Below are positions 53,648 through 64,000 of a stretch of DNA of 64,000 bases, piece after piece; the stretch's first letter is position 1, and every line of letters begins with the position of its first letter. The stretch is taken from the NCBI GenBank assembly GCA_021613535.1, contig CP075495.1:11904001-11968000 (forward strand), given 5' to 3'. This stretch comes from Adineta vaga (Eukaryota > Animalia > Rotifera). The notes beneath the pieces were generated by a model, which worked only from the letters and a program-made list of their open reading frames with translations, was not told where the DNA came from and ran no database searches. A program made the position numbers and the translations under genes.

Positions 53648-55080
53648 ATGCCGAAATATAATTTTATGGTATCAAGAGCGGTGGATCTTGTCGCTCGAAA
53701 ACTAGCTGGTATGGATACGGAAACAGTAGGACGTTTGACACAAATTCTGAGTGAAGAAGCACAATCAATCTCAGATGAACTTCAATATAGTGGACAGACT
53801 GTTGATGCTGATATTTTAGCAGCAAGATTAGAAGGACTTGTAACGCGAATGAAATATGAAGCTCGAAATCAGGTTACATAGAAAAAATATATTTCATTTG
53901 TATATAAATCATTATTTATTTTGTTTCAATAGGGTCCTGATCCATCACCACATGAATTTCCAATATTTAATGTTTCACATAATCCGGCTGCACCTTATCC
54001 AAATCCAATCAATCATCTATATGATAAACGTTATAAAGAAGCATATTCAACTTTTATCAAACAAAATCAACCTCCTCCATCAACTCCTGCTGCTGGTGCA
54101 TCTTCGTCTTCTACTTCTTCAACTTCTCAAACGCCTCAACCTGCAACACCATCTGTAGCACCTTCATCAACATCATCTAGTACACCAACAGCAAAATCAA
54201 ATGCTTCATCGTCAAATCCGAATTATTCAAAAGTTCAATATCAACGGCAAGCAAGTAATCAACCGCCTTCTCCCGGTTTCTTACCTGCTTTTACTCCACA
54301 ACATACAACTGGTTGGCCATATACAAGTCCATATCTTGTCACGACTAATCTAAATAATGATTATTATTCACAACAAGGTTCAAATGGTGTACAACCATCA
54401 CCTAGTAATACACAATTAGTACATCGTTCATCAACAGTTAATGATGCACCTTCTACTACAATATCTCGTTCAGTTAGTACAAATAACTTGAATCAATCTA
54501 CAAAACCTGGTAAAGAACAAATTCGTGTACGTGTCATTAATGATACATCAGACCCATCAAGGTCATTAATGAGATCATCAAGCGAAATCAATGATAATAA
54601 AGCTAGTTGGGAGTACCTACTATATATGCATCACCAAGCACGGAATTAGATAAAGAAACTATGGAAGATTTATTTAAAGTAGTTAATAGTCAACGAGCAG
54701 AAGCTCAACGATCGACATCATCGCCAATGGCAGAACGTATCATTGTTATTGATCGACGTGGTTCAGGAACACCTGATAATGGTGGTAATTCATCAGGACC
54801 AAATCGATTCCGTACATATGAAATCCGTACACCAATCTTAGAAAAAACACCATCAACTGCTGGCACTGTCACTACTTTACCACCTTCAACCACGACGCCA
54901 GCTGCAACTTCAAATGCATACGTAACCCAACCTCAACAACAAAATTATTTTCCAGGTCAACAGCTATACTATCAACAACCTAAAGTGTATTCATCTGTAC
55001 CTAATAATATGTATTCAACACCTACACCATACGTAGCACGTGCAAATGGTTTCTATCCATTTGGATACTATCACTATTAA
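53648..55080 (+). CDS. Uncharacterised Ser/Pro/Gln/Tyr-rich protein; frame break or atypical intron at ~54527-54610
   Basis: Exon 1 ORF 53648 spliced (~53873-53932) into a long open frame GPDPSPHEFP...; the C-terminal ORF 54607-55080 is in a different frame. Confidence 0.6.
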
Positions 55081-56891
55081 CTTGAGGAATATATATTTTT
55101 CATAATTTTCTAAACAAATTTACAGAGTGAGAGAATATTGTTTAGAAAAAAATCATCATTTTTGATTTCCGTGTTATTTGTAACAAACAAATACGAAGTA
55201 ATGAATACTTGTTAAACTTATTTTTATGTGAACATTTACAACTTACATCTGACCTTGAAATATAAAAGAGTAAAGATATTTTGTATCATTCTATGCTTTA
55301 TTGTTTCAAAATTCTACTTAAATAAACAAGTAGATTTATGTTGAACAGATTCAAAAACAAAATTCGTTTACGAACATCATAGACAAAGTTATCAAACTGG
55401 GCCAGAAATATCAGTTTTATCGTCCTGTCACGCGTAAGTAATTAAGTGTAGACGTACTTGAACATGTAACTATTTGAAAACAAAACAGTGTACTTGTACA
55501 TGTCTTGTCCTTTATACTAACTGATGATAGTAACAATAGTATGACACAGACGAAAAAAAAAGAAGGAGGCTTCCAATATTTTAAATACCGCAGATTTACG
55601 TATATAGTGGAAATGAAACATTTCTCGTTCACATACAAATTAATTGTTTTTCTTTTGTGTTGTAAAAACGACTAATATTCTTCAAATATGTAAAGTTTCA
55701 AATATTGTATGAACTGTAAAGTAACTTGTTTTTCTATTGATTTCAGAAAAAACAAATGACGTTGAATGATAGATGCTTTTATGTAGACAAAGAAATCGAA
55801 TGAAATTAGAAGGAAAAACAGAGGAAAGAAAGTACTATCGTTAGTTATAGAAATTAATAGGAAAATAGAAACATAATTTCTAATTCCGAACACACTGGAA
55901 AACGGTAAACATTTTTCGATTTGGAATACTACTTCTATGAAACCCCAGAGAATGTTCCGTAACCGATGTGGACTATAATCCATAGTTTATATTTTAAGAG
56001 ATACGAAAACATTCATTTATTTTAGTGTGAGCAATATAAAAAAAGAAAAAGACAAATTCACTCACTCAAAAGTTCGATTTGCATTAGGCTCAGTCTGTAC
56101 AGTCTATGGCGTAGAAAATGGAACTAAAACTTTTCTATGTAACAATTGATCGAAGAGAAACATTGCATGATCGACTAAAGCTATTGATTGATTTATTATA
56201 TTCATTGATAAGTATTCATCAAAAGCTTCAATGAGATTGCATGTGATATTAATTTTACTAGAAATGTTCGTCTAACAATAGTATTAACAAATGATACGAG
56301 CGATTTGAAACTTAATTCAATACTTTATCGATTATATATATATATATATTACTTTAAATTCATAATAACGTGAAATTGACTAATTTTGTGAAAAAAATAT
56401 ATCCATACCAAAACTGAACATGTTTAAAGAACTTCAAATACATCTCTGTCTTCTTCCTACTTTTCTTAGTCGAACTCGATATTGAAAAATACGCAGTTTA
56501 CTTTTATAAACAAATGGATGTACTCTACAATCCGAAGAGGTCAACAGATTATTTAAATAGAGAAACAAAATTTGATGCCGTAGAAATCGTGAGAACTGAA
56601 TGTAAAATGGCCGATTATCTGTAGTTAATTGCCTTTTTTTTTCAACGAAAGATCTAATAGATAGTGATCCTTACTATCGTTAGATGTCACTATTTTTGAA
56701 ATGATATGAAAGATTCATTTTTCTTTGGTTTGAAATCTTGCCCACACCCACACCACGAAACATCCAGAATGTATATTCCGGAAGAAAGACAAAAAATTCT
56801 TTCGTTTTCTTCAAAACTAAAAGATAACATTTCCATTGTGTAAACGTATACATTTATTATTCGTAGTTTTTTTTTCTTCAGAGAGAACAAA

Positions 56892-59800
56892 ATGAGCAAT
56901 AGCGATGGTCAAAGTGAAGTCGTTAAATTACAACAACATCTTATTCTACTTCGTGAAGAATACGTTAAACTTCAACAACGTCATAAAACTTTAGAACGTA
57001 ATTTTAATGTACTAAATTCAACAACAAAAGTCGATCAAGAATCATTTGTTAGTCGTTTACTTAAAATTGTTGCTGAATTATTTAATCGACCACTTTATAG
57101 GTTTGAGGATACCATATTCTTTTATTTTTCGATAAAATTAATTTCTTTACTCCTTCGCTAGTGATATTACTATCAAACTTGATGGTGAAACTTTATATGG
57201 TCATCGATTCATTCTAGCAGCACGGAGTTTAAAATGGGATCCACAACAATTAGGTGATGAACCTGATCTGAATTTATCTGGTAAAGAATGTAATTTTATG
57301 AAAATTTTTCTTTTCATAGGAATTTCTTTATAGATATTCCATATGATGTTGGTTTTCAATTAATGAAATGGGTTTATACAGATGAAATAGATGAAAAACA
57401 AAATGAAGATTTTCTATTAAATTTAATGAAAACAGCGAAACGTTTTGAATTAAAAGAATTAATTGATCAGTACAGATAATTTTAATTGTATTTCATAGAA
57501 CAAAAAAAAACGAACAATTTCTATTTTAATTTAGATGTGAAGTAGCATTAATATCGGTTATTTCTGTTCGAAATTGTTTGAAATTTTATAAAGTTGCTGA
57601 AGAAATTGGTGCACAAGTTTTGCAAACTCATTGTAGTCAATTGATTAGTACACATTGGGTTTGAACTCTTTATCTGCAAAAAATTAAATTGTAGATTTTA
57701 CAATTATCTTTCTTTAGAATGATTTTACAAGTGAAGATTTTCAACATCTACCTGCGACAATGACTTATAAATTATTTAAACAAAAAACTAAATATGCACT
57801 TCATCAAGCTATACGAATGAAACGTGAAGATGTACTTTTTCTTTATTTGATTGATAATGATGCAGATGTAAGTTTTGATAACGAAACAAAAGTAAGACCA
57901 AAGAATCGATTATTTAACATTTTATAGTTGGAAGCACGTGTTAATGAACTTGATGAACATGGTGAATTACCTTTGGAATTAGCACTAAAAACTAAACAAG
58001 ATAGTATGGCTGAGAATCTTGTTCGTCATCAAGCAGATATTAATCATATTGATGGAGAAAATCGAACATTACTTCATTTAGCTATTAAACGAGGTAAAAA
58101 AGCATGCAAGATTATTTTGATTTTAAAAGATGAATTCTTATTTTTGCTATAGGTGATGAACATTCGGCAACATTTCTTATTAAACATTCATGTTTACTTG
58201 ATCATCAAACCAATGTGGGACGAGAAACTCCATTACATCTCTTAAGTGCACTTAATCCAGCTGAATTATTACCTGATATTATGGCTGGCATGTGTCGTGT
58301 TGCACAACTTATGTTAGAATATAATGCTGATACAAGAAAAAAAGATGCTCAAGGAAATAATTGTCTTCATCGTGCAATACTTGCTGATAATATACATGTT
58401 TTTCAAGAACTATTAAAAGCACCAAAATTAGCTTTAGATGATAGAAATAAAGATGATCATGTACCTCTTTGGCTTGCACTTCAACAAGCCGAACAGATGC
58501 GTAAGTTCTGAAAGAATAAAACTCATGTTTCTTTTCTCGATTAATATTTAGATTCGAATTTTGATAAAGAAACATTAGCAAGTTTACTTGTTGATCGTGG
58601 TGCTAGTGTAAACGCAATTGATCTATCATCTACATTGAATGAATCCCTTCTACATAAATGTGCTCGTCATCATTATCAACAAGCTGGTCTATATCTGATA
58701 AGAAAAGGTGCTACTATTAATCATGTTAATAAACAGGGTGAAACAGCTTTACATCTAACTTCACAATTTGGTCTTGAACAATTTACCACAGCTTTATTAG
58801 AAAATAAAGCAAATCCAAATCTTCAAACAAATAAATCTTCATCATTTAGTAAAGAACAAAACACAATTGTCGGTCTACAAACACCTATACATCGTGCTGT
58901 TTATGCATCACAAGAACGTATACTTGATATTTATATCCGGTTTCGTGACGAAATCTCTGATGAAACTGTTAAACCAAATTTTAATGTACAAGATGAAAAT
59001 GGTCAAAGCATTTTTTCATTAACATTATGGATGAATATGTTAACAATAGCAAAACAATTATTACAAATTCGTCATGCACAATTAGATATCAAAGATTCTG
59101 AACAAACACCTTTATTAGCACAAGCAATTACGAAACAAAATGTTCAAGCAGCATTATTCTTACTTGATCAAGGAGTTGATGTTAATGAAAAAACGCATGG
59201 TCTATCTCCAATACAACTTGCTGTTAAACATCATTTACCATCTGTTGTTGAAGCACTTTGTCGAAATGGTGCTAATATGAATGTTGTTGATGAAAATGGT
59301 GATAGTGTTCTATGGAATGCATTAGATTCTAATCAAGAAGATATTGCAGCAATACTTGTGAAATTTTCTTGTGATACGACACAGTAAGAGTAAATGCTAT
59401 TGAATAATAACCATTTATTATGTTTTGAACTATTATAGATGGTCAAATGGACCTGATAATTGTCGACAAACACTTTTACATCGAGCTATCGATGAAAATA
59501 ATGAAAGTATAGCTTGTTTTCTTATTAAAAGGTATGTAAATATGAATGAATCAAGAATTTTAAATTTTAACACTGTTTTTAGTGGTTGTGATATCAATTC
59601 TCCTCGTCAAAGTGGTTTAAATGGTGAAATGCCTGATATTTGTAAAACTTTAGAAAGTCCTTTACACCTTGGTATGAATAAAAAGCAAAAAGATTTCATT
59701 TGTTTAATCTTTCATTATTTTTTCTTCTAGCTGCTCAATGGGGTCTTGATCGAGTTGTTTCCACATTAATTGAACATCATGCTGATATCAATAAAAAAGT

Positions 59801-61358
59801 ATTCTTTGAATATAAAATTAATGTATTGTATAGAAAGTTTCTCTAATTTAGGATGCAGACTCTAATACTCCACTTCATATTGCAATTATCAATCAACATA
59901 CAACTATAATTAATCTATTGATTGGTGCACCAAGTCTAGATTTAGCTATACGTAATAAACAAAATCAGACACCATTTGCTTGTTCAATGGCAGCGAAAAA
60001 TAATGAAGCAGCTAATTTAATTCTCAAACGTGAACCACGAGCTGCTGAACAAGTATTTTCATTCGCAAATTTCGTTACTGATTACAAATTTTTTAATATA
60101 ATTATTTTAGCTTGATAATAAAGGTCGAAATTTTCTACATATTGCCGTGCAAAACGGTGATATTGAAAGTGTTCTATTTCTTCTGACTGTTCGTGTCAAT
60201 GTCAACAATCGTGTACAAGATGCTAGTCAATTTACACCCCTTCATCTAAGTGTTCAAACAGGCAGTGAAATAATTCTTCGAAATTTAGTATGAAAAAGAA
60301 AGCTTATTGAAAAATTTTCTTTCATTTATGATATTATTCAGATACTTGCAGGAGCTAATATTAATGATGTGACAGCAAATCGTCGATCAGCTTTACATAT
60401 TGCTGCAGAAAATAATCGTGCAGTTATTTGTAGTATACTTTTAGAAAATCATATTGATGCTAATCTACTTGATGCCAATTCAAATACTGGTTGAAGAAAT
60501 TGAATTTCATTGTTTTCATATTGTATACTTTTTCTCCTTCTTCTTTTTTCTAGCATTACATTTAGCAGTACAAAGTGGTCATTTAGATGTTGTCCGATGT
60601 TTATTAGCAGAATCGGATATTGATGTATTAACATTGAATGCAAAGTATGATTTATGTGAATATCTATAGATCGACATCGATGTTTTTTTTCTTCAGAGGA
60701 ATGAATTGTTTACATATGTTAGCAACTTTTTGTAAAGAAAATACACAAGCTATATTTGAAATTTTATTGAAAAATCATCCCGCTTTTCCGCTTGATATTC
60801 AAGATGGACAAGGAAATACGGGTAAGGAGGTTCAATTTGAATTAAAGAAATGGATTTTTCTATCTTTTATTTAGCTCTTATTTTGGCATACAAAAATGGT
60901 CAAGGTCAACTATGTCGAGCTCTCGTTACAGCAGGTGCTAATCTAAGTATTTGTAATAGTGATGGTATGTCAATATTCACTATACCAGCAGCGAGTCGAG
61001 CATTACTTGTTAATATTCTCGGTAAGTATTCAATTGATCGAATAATAATCTAAACGAATTCTTGCATAGATGTTATTACACGTGAACCTCCATGGGGTGA
61101 GAGCGAAATTTGTTTGGAATGTGGAACAAAATTTACAATTACAAATCGAAGACATCATTGGTTTGTATACAGGAAAAACAATTTGAATAAAACGTGAATG
61201 TATTGATTTATAATTTTAGTCGACATTGTGGTCGAGTTTTATGTAAACGATGTTCAGTCAATGAATTACCTATAATGAAATTTAATTTACAAAAACCGGT
61301 TCGAGTATGTCAATTGTGCAATGATGTTATAACTCTTGGTGTCATGGCTGCTCGTTGA
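56892..61358 (+). CDS. ANKFY1: Rabankyrin-5 (coiled-coil, BTB, ankyrin repeats, FYVE)
   Basis: EVVKLQQHLILLREEYVKLQ; YSDITIKL...GHRFILAARSLKW (BTB); REDVLFLYLI; many ankyrin repeats; FYVE [25 protein letters not shown]...PVRVCQLC. Confidence 0.95.
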
Positions 61359-61738
61359 TTTTCCTTTATATTAGTGAACAAACTTCTTCTTTTTCAATCG
61401 ATTCATCTTTTTCTCTTTTTTTTTCTTGTAAAAATTAACTAGTCAAATCACAATGAATGAATAATGTTTCTTTTTTTCTTATGATTGTTTATCTATTTCT
61501 GCATTTTGAACTATTTCTGATATATATTTATATTTGATTTTTATGTCTATGATTTGCTTTATATAACAAACAATAAATTACAATAGTTATTATAAGATTT
61601 GAAATGATATATCCGATCAATGAACAGATATCACATCAGACCAAGTCATTCCAAAGAAATCATATATATCTGATTCGAGAATTTGGATCAACGTACGACC
61701 AATGAGAGGAAAAGATAAGTTTTGTTTTGTAGATTATA

Positions 61739-63620
61739 ATGAATCGTCATCGATTTTCAACAGAAGAAATCTTGATATGTCGTCGTTCTTTATTAGCATG
61801 GTATGATGTAAATAAACGAAAATTACCATGGAGAGATTGGCATGATACTGATAGTAATATTGTTGCTTATCGAGGTTTGTTAAATATGAACGATTGAACC
61901 GAATGACATTTCTTTATTTTTAGTACTCGTTTCAGAATTAATGTTGCAACAAACACAAGTTGCTACTGTTATTCGATATTATGAAACATGGATGAATGTA
62001 AATATAAAAGTTCTTTTTCTTCAATACTTTGATGTATTATTGACATGTTAAGCAATGGCCTAATCTCAAATCTTTAGCTGATGCTTGTGAAGATGTAAGT
62101 ATAGAAGATATTTTGTATCCCTAACTGTATTTTCTTTTGTTAGGATGTTCTCAAATGTTGGGCTGGTATTATTTTGTTAATATGAGTATCATCTTTTTTC
62201 TTGTTGTTTTTCTTTTTCAAATAGGTCTTGGGTATTATAATCGAGCACGAAATTTGTATAAATGTGCTCAATTGGTAATAGAAATAGAGATGTTAGTTTT
62301 GTAATATGAAAATACATTGTTTTAAATAGATTGTTAATGAATATAAAGGTGAATTTCCACAAGATTTAGAAGTGATGATAAATCGATTACCTGGTGTTGG
62401 TCGATATACAGCTGGTGCTGTGAGTTCCATTGCATTTAGTCAAGTAATCTTCTCGATCCTATTTTATTTCAATAAACATACTTCAATTTTCTCGTTAGCC
62501 AAATCCAATTCTGGATGGTAATGTTATTCGTGTCGTATCGCGATTACGATGTATTGGTGGTGATTTAAAGAAAAAATCTACAACAGATTTTCTCTGGTAT
62601 TGAAACAGACCGATACATTCTCTTTATTTTAATCAATAAAATCGTTTCAGGTCATTAGCAACTGATCTTGTATGTCCAGATAGACCCGGTGATCTTAATC
62701 AAAGTCTCATGGAATTAGGTGCTACAATATGTACACCTCAAAAACCAAAATGTACAGAATGTCCAATTCAAAATCAATGTTTATCATATCAACAACAAGT
62801 AGTTTTTATCTTTAGAAATAAGTTTTACTTCATTATTTATTGTCTATAGATACATCAATCTATTAATGATATTGAACAATGTTCAACAAATTGTTTATTT
62901 TGTTTGAAAAAAACTGATATTGATTCTAATCGTTCACTTGTTGAACATTATCCACGAAAAAAAACTAAAACTAAACAACGAGAAGAAACTTCATTGATTT
63001 TAATTCTTTATCGTATAAAACCCAAACTTGAATTTCTCATGTTTAAACAAAAACAATCAAATCTTCTAGCTGGTCTATGGTCTTTTTTTGATATAATTAC
63101 TCCAACAGATTTCGACCAAATGAATGAACGAAAACGAAAAACTTTTCTTATGGAAGAAATTCAACATATAACACTCAATATCGATAATATTAAATTAGCT
63201 GGACAAGTAATTCTCGATTCTCTTCATTCGATCATCGTTTTTCATTTTATTCCTTAGTGTCGTCATCTTTTTTCCCATATTGATAAACAATACATCATCT
63301 ACTATACACAATACGATCAAAATGATATTTCCATCTCAACAGCACAAGTACAATGGTTCACCGAAGAACAAGTTCAAGCGTCAGCCATATCTACAGCAAT
63401 GAAAAAAGTCTGAAAAGTACTTTTCTCTATAAAATAAATATAGAACAATTCTGTCTTTCAGGTATTTCATGTTGCCTTACCTCAAGTTAAATTACGAACA
63501 TCCAGCGGAAAAAAAGTACTTTTTTTTAACAATAACCTTTCTAACCATATCTATTCTATTTTTTGTTGTTGTTGTTAGAATGGAACTCTTGATAATTATT
63601 TCAAGAAAAAATCTTCATAA
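61739..63620 (+). CDS. MUTYH: Adenine DNA glycosylase MutY homolog; many small exons
   Basis: [42 protein letters not shown], Hh[19 protein letters not shown], 4Fe-4[23 protein letters not shown]...CLFC, LLAGLW, HLFSHI, C-terminal PIP-like TLDNYF. Confidence 0.95.
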
Positions 63621-64000
63621 TTATCGAAAATATATTCATCAAATCTATTGTTTATTATTAACCTTGATTTTCTTCTCTCAATGTCATATCTATTTTTTGC
63701 ATTTTTATCTTCTTATATTAATTATATTGTCAATAATAAGTCGGATTTTCTTATATGAAACAAGAAAGAACATGAAATCTCATTAAAGTATTGAATAAAA
63801 TATTTATTAAAATGATGAAAAAAGAACTCTATCATAAACTAAATGACCTTCTTTCGAAAAGTATATTAAACATTCTCTCAAGAAAAGTTTATTTTTAAGC
63901 TTTAATACGCACACAGTATGATATTGTATAATTTATTGCTATTAATCATTTTTCTTCGAAGGCAAACCTTGAATAACAAAGTTAAATTAATAGATTTTCT

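Noticed and set aside
55100-56890. Possible MITE, tRNA or hidden gene in the 1.8-kb gap
   Set aside because: No terminal inverted repeats, cloverleaf or credible ORF was seen; probably UTR and promoter sequence.
61601-61676. Possible C/D box snoRNA (gaaATGATAT...CTGAttc) between ANKFY1 and MUTYH
   Set aside because: C box deviates from RUGAUGA at two positions, the terminal stem is only 3 bp, and no rRNA-complementary guide was recognised.
61359-61738. ANKFY1-MUTYH operon
   Set aside because: The 380-nt gap could hold a promoter, and a possible cis donor (GTACGA ~61693) could pair with the acceptor before the MUTYH ATG; evidence is weaker than for lyase-NDUFAF1.

Overview
Very AT-rich eukaryotic genomic DNA, gene-dense, with many short (about 45-65 nt) GT-AG introns and no recognisable transposon, rRNA, tRNA or CRISPR sequence. 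The gene set is metazoan: LRR receptor, RIBC2, NDUFAF1/CIA30, plastin/fimbrin, CCDC181-like, CFAP221, VAT-1-like, Elongin B, rabankyrin-5/ANKFY1 and MUTYH. Among these are intron-containing genes of non-metazoan type: a PL8 chondroitin ABC lyase with an apparently intact catalytic tetrad, a Phi-class (fungal/plant-type) glutathione S-transferase and a DUF4139-like secreted protein. This combination suggests a bdelloid rotifer (inference). Other notable items are a giant mucin-like protein (252-nt tandem repeats, three FN2 domains, two mutually compensating frame breaks), a head-to-head pair of ciliary genes with X-box-like sites, a 150-nt spacer that may make the lyase and NDUFAF1 co-transcribed, several candidate microexons, and four apparent frameshifts. 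Exon structures were reconstructed by hand and family calls rest on recalled motifs, not database searches.
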